64,000 nucleotides of DNA, taken from the NCBI GenBank assembly GCA_964489885.1, contig CAZAZX010000006.1, positions 3,617 to 67,616 of the forward strand, read 5' to 3'. Origin of the DNA: an uncultured Lachnospiraceae bacterium (GTDB taxonomy: Bacteria > Bacillota > Clostridia > TANB77 > CAG-508). The translations under genes were made by a program, and so were the position numbers. Shown here piece by piece: positions 20,649 to 30,099 of this stretch; the first letter of the stretch is position 1; every line of letters starts with the position of its first letter. Below the pieces are notes generated by a model. The model was given only the letters and a program-made list of their open reading frames with translations, was not told the origin of the DNA and did no database searches.

Positions 20649-22529
20649 TTATTTTATTTCGATTGGTTCATATTCTTTACCGTCCCCTGAATAGAAACGA
20701 CTGAATAATTCATAATATTCAAGCCTTAACACTTGAATTGAAACTATTAATCCTTCTAATGCAATAATTATTGCATTACCAATAATTAAAACTGCTAAGC
20801 TTCCACTTGCACTAACCATATCAGCTAAAATATAAACTGCCATACTAAGCCCCACGTGGTTTATTGCAAATGCAGCCAAACGTACGAATGAAATAGTATT
20901 GCTTATAAATGACAATATCATTTCAAACATTTCAAAAAATTTCTCAACAAAAGAAACATTTTCGACCTTTTTCTTTTTGTTAATCCAGTTTGATATTCTT
21001 TCTTCAAAGAAAATTAATATTAAAGGAATTACAATTACTATAAAGGCAATTCCACCTGTCAATATCCATTTTCCTTTTAACATAAATATTCCAAGTGTAA
21101 TTAATACTGCTAAATAAAATATAATTCCAGCAATTCCATTTGAATCAAAGAATATTTTCGATATATTTTTATTTCGTATTTGATTAATAATATTTAAAAC
21201 CATTGCAATTAAAATTAATATTGCACCAAAAGAAATTCCAGCTATTAACATTGTTTGTATATTATCCATTGGTCTTATTAAAAGTTGTGGTATTATATTT
21301 TCACTTCCAAATACGCTACCATACAAGACTCCAAATATCATAGAAGAAATTCCACCAGCACTTAATATTGGTCCTAATTTACTTTTTTTCTTTGATAAAA
21401 CTAAGCCCAAAAGTAAAAATATAAAACCATGTCCAACATCTCCAAACATGAATCCAAACATTAAAAATGCTGTTATTGCTACAAAAACTGTAGGGTCTAG
21501 CTCTGTATAATTTGGAAGTCCATACATTTCTACTAAATATTCAAATGGTTTAAATATTCTATTATTTTTCAAATGTGTTGGTGCCACACTTGCAACTTCA
21601 TCATTTAGTTTTACAACATATTCTAAAGTATCATCTTTTTCAAGTTCTGGTATCATTTTTTCTAGATTTTCAAGTGGTAGCCAACCTACTATATAAAAAT
21701 ATCCTTTTGCATCATGTGCCATATAACGTTTAACTGTATTTATTTTTGAATATAATTCCAATTCTTTCTTAATAGTAGGTAGCTCAATTACAATCTCTTT
21801 TATTAAATCTTCAAGTTTTAGTTTGTTCTCATTTATTTTACATTCTAATTCTTTTTTTTCATTTTTTAATCTTTCTATAGCATCCAGCGGTTTTCCTACA
21901 ATTTCTGATGGAATCCAATTTCGCTCAAATTTTGCTATATTGAAAAAGCTATCTACCTGTTTACTTAAATTTTCTGTTGTTAAGTATAGAATCCAAAGAT
22001 AGTCTTCATCCTCACCAAACTCAAATACTATAGCATCTATATCGTCTATTTCAGACTTTATTTTTTCATAGTTATCTTTTAAAATTCTTCCATATCTAAA
22101 ACGCATATATTTCAAGCTATACAAGTCTTCTAAATTTATATTTAAATCCTTTAAATATGTTACCATTTTAATTTGATTTTCTAGTTCAGTTTTTCTTTTT
22201 TCATCTTCATCAATCAATTGCTTGATTGAATTTATATTTGTTTTTATAACATCAATTTTATTTTTTATATCGTCTAGTGTATCCAGTAAATTATCCTCAG
22301 AATTTCTTTCACATTTAATGCCAAGTTGCTTTTCTATCTCTTGACAATCCTTTTGTATCTCTCTTGGTGTATTGTCATAATTAAAATATGACAACCTCCA
22401 TCCTTTTTCAAATACTTTAATGGCGTTCTCTGGTTGCAATCCGCTTTCAAGCAAGTATTGTAAAATAAAGGAGTTGATGTTTTCCTCTTTTCCAACAACA
22501 CTTAGCAATCTCATTTTCTCTATTGCCAT
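20649..22529 (-). CDS. ntpI: V-type ATP synthase subunit I (a subunit)
   Basis: 626 aa with an N-terminal soluble coiled-coil half and a C-terminal multi-TM half. Confidence 0.85.
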   Translation of the reverse strand: MAIEKMRLLSVVGKEENINSFILQYLLESGLQPENAIKVFEKGWRLSYFNYDNTPREIQKDCQEIEKQLGIKCERNSEDNLLDTLDDIKNKIDVIKTNINSIKQLIDEDEKRKTELENQIKMVTYLKDLNINLEDLYSLKYMRFRYGRILKDNYEKIKSEIDDIDAIVFEFGEDEDYLWILYLTTENLSKQVDSFFNIAKFERNWIPSEIVGKPLDAIERLKNEKKELECKINENKLKLEDLIKEIVIELPTIKKELELYSKINTVKRYMAHDAKGYFYIVGWLPLENLEKMIPELEKDDTLEYVVKLNDEVASVAPTHLKNNRIFKPFEYLVEMYGLPNYTELDPTVFVAITAFLMFGFMFGDVGHGFIFLLLGLVLSKKKSKLGPILSAGGISSMIFGVLYGSVFGSENIIPQLLIRPMDNIQTMLIAGISFGAILILIAMVLNIINQIRNKNISKIFFDSNGIAGIIFYLAVLITLGIFMLKGKWILTGGIAFIVIVIPLILIFFEERISNWINKKKKVENVSFVEKFFEMFEMILSFISNTISFVRLAAFAINHVGLSMAVYILADMVSASGSLAVLIIGNAIIIALEGLIVSIQVLRLEYYELFSRFYSGDGKEYEPIEIK

Positions 22530-22549
22530 TTATATTTTTTCCTCCTCTT

Positions 22550-23377
22550 TTATTCTCCAATTAATTTCTTTTGTATTGTATTTGTATCTACTTTATATCT
22601 TATGCCCTCTATTATTGTGATTATATTCTTTATTTGTATTTGTCTAAGTTCTATATATGAAATTATCATCGTTAGGCTAAATGATTTTGTCTTAAAATAA
22701 TTTATATATAGTCTATATAAGTAGTTTTGTATTTCTGTTTCCATTTTTTCTTCTTCGAGTGTAAATTCTTGATATATAGTTTTAGAAATAATATCTTCTG
22801 GTGGAAGCTGACTATTGTTAAGCTTGTCCAAAATTTCACTCGAAAGTTTATAATGAATAGGAATTGGTATGTTTTGTTCTTGTTTATCTTCAAATTTATA
22901 ATATTTCTTTGCACGGAAAGTCCATAATATATTATATAAATCTATTTGTTTTCCAATTATATCTATTAAAGCCTTGTCTTTATATTTTTCTGCTTTTTTA
23001 TATAATTTTGAAAAATACTGCCTATAAAACTCATTTTGTTCATTTGTATATTCCAATTTTATTAAGCTTCCATTTGTATACTTTAATCTAAATTTATCTA
23101 TATAAATATCTAACATTTCTTTGCCTTTTTTGTTAAGCAATGGATATATTTTTTGTATATCAAGAACAAGTATAAGATATAATTGTCTTTCTATTTCTTC
23201 TCTTGTTGAATTATCATCTATATTATCAATATTATTTAGCTTTGACTTTAGTATAATTAATGCCTCTTTTATAGTTTCCTGCTTTTCTAACTCTTCATAG
23301 TCATTCTTGTTTAGAAAGTTTGAATACATACCTTTTACCTTTGCATTTATATTTGCAAATTTAAAATTATTCAGCAA
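22550..23377 (-). CDS. ntpC: V-type ATP synthase subunit C (d)
   Basis: 275 aa helical protein with a TTG start after the Shine-Dalgarno AAGGAAGGTGA; positioned between the G-like and I subunits. Confidence 0.65.
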   Translation of the reverse strand: MLNNFKFANINAKVKGMYSNFLNKNDYEELEKQETIKEALIILKSKLNNIDNIDDNSTREEIERQLYLILVLDIQKIYPLLNKKGKEMLDIYIDKFRLKYTNGSLIKLEYTNEQNEFYRQYFSKLYKKAEKYKDKALIDIIGKQIDLYNILWTFRAKKYYKFEDKQEQNIPIPIHYKLSSEILDKLNNSQLPPEDIISKTIYQEFTLEEEKMETEIQNYLYRLYINYFKTKSFSLTMIISYIELRQIQIKNIITIIEGIRYKVDTNTIQKKLIGE

Positions 23378-23391
23378 TGTTTCACCTTCCT

Positions 23392-23703
23392 TTAAACTTC
23401 AATTATCTTGTAAAAAGAAGCTTGTAATATTAAATCTTTTTCTCTTATATAGTTTTCTTCTAAAACATCTATAGCTACTGACATTCTAGAATTAATTTTT
23501 TGGCTTTCCTTTTTTAATTCATATTCGTATTCTTTTCTTTTTTCGTTTAAAACTTTTTCAACTTCAGTTTTTACTTTTTCTTTTTTTGCTTCTATTTCTT
23601 TTTCTATATATGTTTCTATATTTTGTTGTTTATATTCAACTTCAGAAATTATTTTTTTTGCCTGATTATCAATATCTATAATTTCATTAATAATATTTTC
23701 CAA
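23392..23703 (-). CDS. V-type ATP synthase subunit G/H-like coiled-coil protein (first gene of the operon)
   Basis: 103 aa, K/E-rich, entirely heptad coiled coil. Confidence 0.55.
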   Translation of the reverse strand: MENIINEIIDIDNQAKKIISEVEYKQQNIETYIEKEIEAKKEKVKTEVEKVLNEKRKEYEYELKKESQKINSRMSVAIDVLEENYIREKDLILQASFYKIIEV

Positions 23704-23918
23704 AATAATCTCCTTTCGCAGTAATAATTTTTCATATTAATCATACTACTATAAAAATAAATATTCAAGCTTAGAATAAAAAAAATTAGGGCACTGGGAT
23801 TTTGGTGGACAATGTGACGGTTCTCTTGTCCACCACCAAATTTTTTGTTTCGACAAATATTGATTATTTTCTATATTTGTTTTATATTAATATTATAAAT
23901 TGAAAGGGGGGAATATTT

Positions 23919-24398
23919 ATGCATACCGTTTATAACCCAGATATATATTCAGCTTTTGATTATGGGATTTTAGGCTTTTTAGCTGGACTTGGATTTTTTA
24001 TATGGTTTTTTATTATAGTGTTAGGGATACTTCAATTAATTGGAGAATGGTACGTATTTGATAAAGCTGAAAGAAATGGTTGGGAAACTTTAATTCCATT
24101 TCACAATTTATTTGTGAAATTTCAAATTGCTGGAATAAATCCAGCTTGGACTTTAGCAGTAATATTTGGTGCTTTAATAAATATTATACCAATTATTGGA
24201 ACAATAATTTATACTATTGGTATGATTGTTATTGACTTCTGGCTAAATATCAAGCTTGCAAAGTCTTTCGGCAAAGGAACAGGTTTTGGAATTGGTTTAA
24301 CATTATTACCAGTAGTTTTCTTTCCAATTTTAGGATTTGACAATGCTTCATACATTAAAGATAATATTATTGTTGAAGAAGAAAAAACTGAAGAGTAA
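23919..24398 (+). CDS. Small polytopic membrane protein (DUF5684-like), function unknown
   Basis: 159 aa with 4 predicted TM segments and a Shine-Dalgarno AAAGGGGGGAA. It is followed by copy 3 of the dispersed element. Confidence 0.6.
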   Translation: MHTVYNPDIYSAFDYGILGFLAGLGFFIWFFIIVLGILQLIGEWYVFDKAERNGWETLIPFHNLFVKFQIAGINPAWTLAVIFGALINIIPIIGTIIYTIGMIVIDFWLNIKLAKSFGKGTGFGIGLTLLPVVFFPILGFDNASYIKDNIIVEEEKTEE

Positions 24399-24462
24399 GA
24401 ACCTGAACAACCTTTCACAGCTAAAGCTATTTGCGGGTGCCCCAGGGTCTTGTTGTTTCACA
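24399..24462 (+). repeat. Copy 3 of the dispersed GC-rich element, directly followed by intrinsic terminator 24474-24506
   Basis: gaacctgaacaacctttCACAGCTAAAGCTatttgcgggtgccccagggtCTTGTTGTTTCACAA, then AATGCAAGAG-tataaaat-CTCTTGCATT + TTTTTT. Confidence 0.5.
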
Positions 24463-24503
24463 ATAATACCAAAAATGCAAGAGTATAAAATCTCTTGCAT
24501 TTT

Positions 24504-25001
24504 TTATCCAAAATATTGACTTATCTCTTGAAGATCATCAAAATTATTTTGTCTTAAAACTTCATAAACAATTATTGCTACTGAATTGGATAAATTCAAG
24601 GATCTTAATGATTCTCTCATTGGTATTCTAATACAATTTTTCATATATTTTTGAAGTAGGTCTTCTGGCAACCCCTTAGTTTCTTTGCCAAATAAAATAA
24701 ATACCTCATCCATTTTACTATAGTCTACATCAGAGTAACATTGTTTTGATTTTGTAGATGCAAAAAACATATTATTATCTTCTGGCTTATATTTTTCCAA
24801 AAATTTTTCAAGTGATTCGTGTTCTTCAATATCTAGTTTATCCCAATAGTCTAGGCCTGCTCTTTTTAAATATTTGTCTGATAATGAGAATCCCAAAGGA
24901 TAAACTAAATGCAATTTTGCTCCAATTGCTGCACAAGTCCTTGCTATATTTCCTGTATTTTGTGGTATTTCTGGTTCTACCATAACAACATTTATTTTCA
25001 T
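24504..25001 (-). CDS. trmL: tRNA (cytidine/uridine-2'-O)-methyltransferase TrmL (SpoU family)
   Basis: 165 aa; MKINVVMVEPEIPQNTGNIARTCAA matches the TrmL N-terminus. Confidence 0.8.
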   Translation of the reverse strand: MKINVVMVEPEIPQNTGNIARTCAAIGAKLHLVYPLGFSLSDKYLKRAGLDYWDKLDIEEHESLEKFLEKYKPEDNNMFFASTKSKQCYSDVDYSKMDEVFILFGKETKGLPEDLLQKYMKNCIRIPMRESLRSLNLSNSVAIIVYEVLRQNNFDDLQEISQYFG

Positions 25002-25108
25002 TTTATGTTATTTCTCCCTTCTGCTTTTTTCCCCAAATTTTAACATATTAATAATAGCATTATTTATTAAAATTTTCAATTGCAACTTTTATAGATGTTT
25101 TACCTCAT

Positions 25109-26056
25109 TTACATGACATTTTTATTGTTTATAATTTCATCTAAAGTATTTTTTACTTTATTGATAGTTATTTTATACTTATCATTTAATACATATTTGT
25201 TTTGCATATTCTCAAATTCTTTTAATAAATCATTATTAAAATTTTGCTTAAAATAGGTAAAATCTTTTATTTTTATATTTGAAGCAATTCCACCTTTTCT
25301 AATATTTTCTTCTTGCCTTTTATATGAAATTAACTTTTCTAATTCTTTTTTATCTTGTAATAATGCTTTAATTTCCTTTGTTTGTGCTAAAATTGTAATA
25401 TCATATAAATGTTTTGAAGTATCCTTATACATATTTCTAACATAATAAAATTCTACTGCAAAAACCTTATCTATAAAGATTCTTTCCAGCTTTATAATAT
25501 TTATATCAAAATTTGTAATATAAAATTGTTCCTTTAATATTTTTCTTTCATCTTTATTTGCCAATTTATAAATAAGTGGTTCAATGCTATATTTTTTGTG
25601 TGGTTCACTAACTGTAAAAGATGTTGCTTCTACCTGTATTATCCCTGCTCTATGTAATGGGTCTTTATTAATATCATAAATAGAATTGTATCTGTATATT
25701 CCTGTCACGCTTCCTCTATTATCAATACATTCATCTTTTGATAATTCTAGCCCTTCAATTTTATAGCCTAGAGCCGATTGTTTTAGCCTATTTTTATTTT
25801 TAGTATTTGATTGTTCATTAAGAACTTTTACTGTTAAATCTATATCTTCTGAAAATCTATTCATTGTATCTAATATTTTATATACTGCTGTTCCACCTTT
25901 AAAATATGACTGTAATTCATCTTGATTTTTTGATAATTCTTTTAAAATTGCACACACATAATAATCTTTTTCAATGATATCTGAGTCTATTCCAGTTTTC
26001 GCATTTAAATTATCAATAAATTCTCTAAATAATTCTTTATTTAAATGTAACTTCAT
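25109..26056 (-). CDS. abiEii: Nucleotidyltransferase AbiEii/AbiGii toxin family protein (type IV toxin-antitoxin / abortive infection)
   Basis: IEKDYYVCAIL…FKGGTAVYK…RFSEDIDLT matches the PF08843 signature. Confidence 0.75.
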   Translation of the reverse strand: MKLHLNKELFREFIDNLNAKTGIDSDIIEKDYYVCAILKELSKNQDELQSYFKGGTAVYKILDTMNRFSEDIDLTVKVLNEQSNTKNKNRLKQSALGYKIEGLELSKDECIDNRGSVTGIYRYNSIYDINKDPLHRAGIIQVEATSFTVSEPHKKYSIEPLIYKLANKDERKILKEQFYITNFDINIIKLERIFIDKVFAVEFYYVRNMYKDTSKHLYDITILAQTKEIKALLQDKKELEKLISYKRQEENIRKGGIASNIKIKDFTYFKQNFNNDLLKEFENMQNKYVLNDKYKITINKVKNTLDEIINNKNVM

Positions 26057-26065
26057 TTTTATTTC

Positions 26066-26722
26066 CTATCTTGCTAGGACAAGTATTTTGTTTATAACAC
26101 TTCTGCTCTTAGTATCCATAGCATATTTAATTATTTTTTCAAAATTTAAATCGTTTTCTTCAATGAAATTATAAATTACTTCATCTGGGTTATCTACTTC
26201 AATTCCTATATTGTCCTTATTTTCTATTAAATCGAATAATTGCAAATATTTATAATTTTGATTATTTACCTTGATTTTTGGTTTTCTTATTATAACCTTT
26301 AAGTTTTTATTTTCATATTTATTAAAATTTTTACATTCATTTGTTGCAATATCTATAATATTCGGAACTTGTGTTGTTAAATGAGCTTCATTAAAAAGCT
26401 TCGCTCCTGTAATATATCCTTTTATGTTTCCATCTTTATCCATTATATATTTATATTGAATAATCGTCCTGTTTCCTAATAACATCTTACCAAATATATT
26501 TTCATTTGGAATATAATAAATTCCCTTATAGGCAGTTTCTATTATATTTTCTTTATTCATTCTATTTAAAATTGCTTTAACATTATTAAATACTTTTTCT
26601 TTATCTTTTTCATCATAAAATTTAATAACGTATTCTTTAACTTCTTCAATAAAAATTGGTATTCCCTTTTCGCAATTACTTATATATTCCAATACTATAT
26701 TGTAGCAATTCATTTTATTCAC
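26066..26722 (-). CDS. abiEi: AbiEi-like antitoxin (DUF6088-like), cognate partner of abiEii
   Basis: 218-aa gene 10 nt upstream on the same strand with an N-terminal wHTH-like region; identified mainly by gene context. Confidence 0.5.
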   Translation of the reverse strand: MNKMNCYNIVLEYISNCEKGIPIFIEEVKEYVIKFYDEKDKEKVFNNVKAILNRMNKENIIETAYKGIYYIPNENIFGKMLLGNRTIIQYKYIMDKDGNIKGYITGAKLFNEAHLTTQVPNIIDIATNECKNFNKYENKNLKVIIRKPKIKVNNQNYKYLQLFDLIENKDNIGIEVDNPDEVIYNFIEENDLNFEKIIKYAMDTKSRSVINKILVLAR

Positions 26723-26834
26723 CTTCTTTATTACTAGTTTATGATTATTTTGCCTTTTTGTTCATATTATAGTAATATTTTAGCAGTTTTCTTTAGTTTT
26801 GTCAAATATATTTGAAGAAGAATTTTTAAAGTTA

Positions 26835-27677
26835 TCACTTTCCGCTTCTTTTTATTTTTATTGCGATATAAATAACAATTCCAGCTGTTACTATACTAAA
26901 TATAAGAATCACTGCATAAAAAACATCACTTTTGCTTTTGTTATTTTCCTTTATATTATCAGACAAGTTTGTTTTAATATCATCATTTAACAATGCACTT
27001 AATCTTACAGCTTGAAAATTTTGTTGTTCCTCATAATCTGTTTCTTCTGTTTTGTTTCTCCTATATGCGTTAATATAATATCTCCTAAATGATTTTCCAT
27101 TTTCTGCTGTTACTTTTATTGTTATTTGATTATTTCCTATTAACAAATTTTCGTTACCACTTATTTCAACTTTTGCCTTAATATTTTGAGGAATAGCCAA
27201 TACTTTAATGCTTTCTATACTATTGGGAATATTACATATAAAATAACTGTAATTGTTGCTAAATTCTGGAGTTAAAAATATTCCTTCTAAAGCTAAATTT
27301 TCTAATTTTGCATTCGCAGTTTCAATTTTATCTGTCTTTGTTACATAAATATAGTATGTGTTTTGCATATTTTCCTTTGACACCTGTATTTTTATTGTAT
27401 TTAATCCGTCAATAATATTTTCATTTCCACTAATTTCTATATCTCCATTGTCTTCCGCTTCTGCATTAACTTCTATTGAATTAATTTCTTTCCCAACAGT
27501 TATATAATATTCGTTTATATCTTTATTAAAGTATGGTTCTACCCCTTCTATATCTAATCTCATAGTCTTTAAATATGCATTATTTTCATTACTATTTTCA
27601 GCATACGATATTGTAGAAATCATAATAAAAAATGAAAATATAGTTATAATTTGAATTAAAATTTTTTTCATATACAC
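26835..27677 (-). CDS. Cadherin-like beta-sandwich domain protein (two repeats) with a signal peptide and a C-terminal TM anchor
   Basis: Two repeats of the form AYLKTMRLDIEG..YYITVG..IEVNAEAED…IKIQV…YYIYV. The C-terminus has a hydrophobic segment followed by KIKRSGK. Confidence 0.6.
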   Translation of the reverse strand: MYMKKILIQIITIFSFFIMISTISYAENSNENNAYLKTMRLDIEGVEPYFNKDINEYYITVGKEINSIEVNAEAEDNGDIEISGNENIIDGLNTIKIQVSKENMQNTYYIYVTKTDKIETANAKLENLALEGIFLTPEFSNNYSYFICNIPNSIESIKVLAIPQNIKAKVEISGNENLLIGNNQITIKVTAENGKSFRRYYINAYRRNKTEETDYEEQQNFQAVRLSALLNDDIKTNLSDNIKENNKSKSDVFYAVILIFSIVTAGIVIYIAIKIKRSGK

Positions 27678-27710
27678 AAAAACTCCTTTTAAAAAGACAA
27701 AATGTAACTA

Positions 27711-29453
27711 TTATTGTTCTATTGCCTTATATCCTAAAATATGCCTTTGAATTAATAATGAATCATAAGAAGATGGCTTTTTCCCGTTCTTATTAATATT
27801 TCCAGCTTTATAATAAACATCTTGAAGTAACTTTATTTCTAAAATATGTCTTTGTAATACTAATAAGTCTACGCTACTTATTTTTCCATCTCCATTTACA
27901 TCGCCATATAATATAAATTTATATGTCGTTAAAGTTGTTACATTATCATCTAATATTTTCAACCTTGAACCTGTTCCAACTAAATCATTTTCTCCAAGTA
28001 TATTTCCATTTTGATCTTGAAATTCAATTTTATGTGTTGTATTTACTTTTTCCTTTATTTTACTAACTGTATTTATACTTGGTAGATTACTAATTTCAAA
28101 ATTTGAAACTCTTAGGCTTGTATCAAACTTTAGCTCATTTTCATTTAGTTCATTTTGTGGAACCTCTTCTAAATAATTTTGAAATGCATATCCAACAATT
28201 CCATTATCTAAAATAACTCTATCCCAAAGTTCACCTGAGCCTATACATTTTGATATTCTTGTAATTTTCGAACTACTATTTACCTTTGTTAAAGATTCAT
28301 AATTTGTACTAGGTCCACTTCTTATATTTAAAGTCGTAGTTACCTTTGCTATTACGTTTGAATTATCTTGAATATAATCTTGTGTATTTATATTTGGGCT
28401 TTCTGTATTTATTTCTGGCATATTATCAAATACAGGAATAATAAAACTTAAATTTGATTCCAATAAATTAGTATTTGAATACCCTTTATATATAGATAAA
28501 GATTCAGAATATGGTGCTAAAACATTTGTCATATACTGATGGAAATAGAGCTTATTAACATTATCGTCAGCCACATTAAATTTTTGTAAATAAATACTAT
28601 TTTGTCCTGCATTTATATAAGTTCTACCTAAAAAAATTGCTCCACCACTTATCGCCTTTTCTTTTGTATTCCATGGTATTAAATAAAGAGTCTTTATATT
28701 TTCGCTTGCTCCCTTTCCATCTCTTGCATACTGTAGGCCTCTTTTTATTGTTTCCATTGCATTTTGTGAACTTGTTGCTCCTATATTATAAAAATTATAT
28801 AAACCTTCATACCCTTCTACATCTCCACTGATAGATTTATGTGATAAGAATGGTCCTACTTCTTGCTTTATTCTGGAAGCTAAATTAAATGAACTAACAT
28901 TACTTAGTTTTGATGCATTAGCAATTAAATCTGAATAAGTACTGTCTGTATAAATTCTATTTCCTAATGAATCTAAAAAATCCACCTGTTTATTGTAAAA
29001 TTCTGTACCATAAAGTATTTTTTCTATTAAATCTTTCCTATTGATTGCTTCATTATAGGAATTATCCTCAAATTGAAATATTCTAACATTATTTAAAAAA
29101 TTTCTTGGATCCATTGTATATAATATTGCTTGCCTTGATGCATCTACCCAATTTGAATCAACCTGAACATTATAATATGCAGGATTCGTATTTTTCCAAT
29201 TATCAGAATATGAAATTGGAACTAAATTTTTTGTAAAAACATTTTCATTAGATATTGCATCATTCCAATTTAACCCTGTATATAAAGCATTAAAATTCCA
29301 GTTAGGGTGATTCTGTTTTAATTCATATAAATAGCCTTGGTAGCTTACTGGAAAGTTTTCAATACCTCTTTTTACTTCTTTTGCAAATGACTTATTGTTA
29401 AAAGCAAATAATAAAAAAATCATTATTAAAATTACGTTTTTAATTTTATGCAT
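27711..29453 (-). CDS. Secreted peptidoglycan hydrolase: GH73-like N-acetylglucosaminidase domain, SH3b domain and a C-terminal type-I dockerin
   Basis: Signal peptide. N-terminal domain FPVSYQGYLYELKQNHPNWNF…LYTMDPRNFL. Dockerin duplicated calcium-binding loops YGDVNGDGKISSVDLLVLQRHIL … GNINKNGKKPSSYDSLLIQRHIL. Confidence 0.6.
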   Translation of the reverse strand: MHKIKNVILIMIFLLFAFNNKSFAKEVKRGIENFPVSYQGYLYELKQNHPNWNFNALYTGLNWNDAISNENVFTKNLVPISYSDNWKNTNPAYYNVQVDSNWVDASRQAILYTMDPRNFLNNVRIFQFEDNSYNEAINRKDLIEKILYGTEFYNKQVDFLDSLGNRIYTDSTYSDLIANASKLSNVSSFNLASRIKQEVGPFLSHKSISGDVEGYEGLYNFYNIGATSSQNAMETIKRGLQYARDGKGASENIKTLYLIPWNTKEKAISGGAIFLGRTYINAGQNSIYLQKFNVADDNVNKLYFHQYMTNVLAPYSESLSIYKGYSNTNLLESNLSFIIPVFDNMPEINTESPNINTQDYIQDNSNVIAKVTTTLNIRSGPSTNYESLTKVNSSSKITRISKCIGSGELWDRVILDNGIVGYAFQNYLEEVPQNELNENELKFDTSLRVSNFEISNLPSINTVSKIKEKVNTTHKIEFQDQNGNILGENDLVGTGSRLKILDDNVTTLTTYKFILYGDVNGDGKISSVDLLVLQRHILEIKLLQDVYYKAGNINKNGKKPSSYDSLLIQRHILGYKAIEQ

Positions 29454-29455
29454 AT

Positions 29456-30037
29456 TTATTTCTCCCTTGCCTTTACAATTATTCTATTTTTCGAATCTTG
29501 TGTACAAGTAATTAAAGTTATTTCTCTTTTTTCATTTGTTTCTGGTTCTAAACATTTTGTATCTTTTGGGTTTACCTTTATAATCTTATAAACCTCATAT
29601 TCAATTTTTTGTCTGCTAGTATCTTCTATATATATCTTGTCTCCAACTTTTAGTTTTTTTAAATTGTAAAACATATTTTTTCTCTTAAAGTAATTATGTC
29701 CAGCAACACAAAAATTTCCTATTTCATTTGGATTTACACCCCAAAATTTGCAAACACTAACATATAAGTTATTATTATCACAATTTTCTAAAATATTTGT
29801 TTTTAAATTAATTTTTGGTATTTCAAGTTTTGCAATAACTTTAATTCCATTTTCTTCCTCATACCAACAGTCAGATATTGTATTTTGAATAGGTTCTTTT
29901 TGCTCTTTGCTTACTGTTTCAATAGATGGATAAACTTCATCTTGTCCTATCTTATTTTCAGTTATCCAATTTTCTGTTGTTATAAAAATTAAATAAATTA
30001 TTGAAAATATTATTAATACAACTAAGATTTTTTTCAA
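29456..30037 (-). CDS. Sortase (TLxTC active site; class B-like/small sortase)
   Basis: Catalytic-site motifs CVAGHNY…, REITLITC and RIIVKA. The probable start is TTG at 30035-30037 after the Shine-Dalgarno AGGTGA; the ORF track begins at GTG 30046. Confidence 0.75.
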   Translation of the reverse strand: MKKILVVLIIFSIIYLIFITTENWITENKIGQDEVYPSIETVSKEQKEPIQNTISDCWYEEENGIKVIAKLEIPKINLKTNILENCDNNNLYVSVCKFWGVNPNEIGNFCVAGHNYFKRKNMFYNLKKLKVGDKIYIEDTSRQKIEYEVYKIIKVNPKDTKCLEPETNEKREITLITCTQDSKNRIIVKAREK

Positions 30038-30099
30038 TTTAATCACCTAAAAAATGAGACAAAGGGACTTTTCTCTTATCCCCTTGTCCCAAGTCTTAA

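Noticed and set aside
22702-23091. Small ORFs (66-75 aa) overlapping the V-ATPase subunit C gene
   Set aside because: Alternative frames of a Lys/Ile-rich, AT-rich gene with no expression signals.
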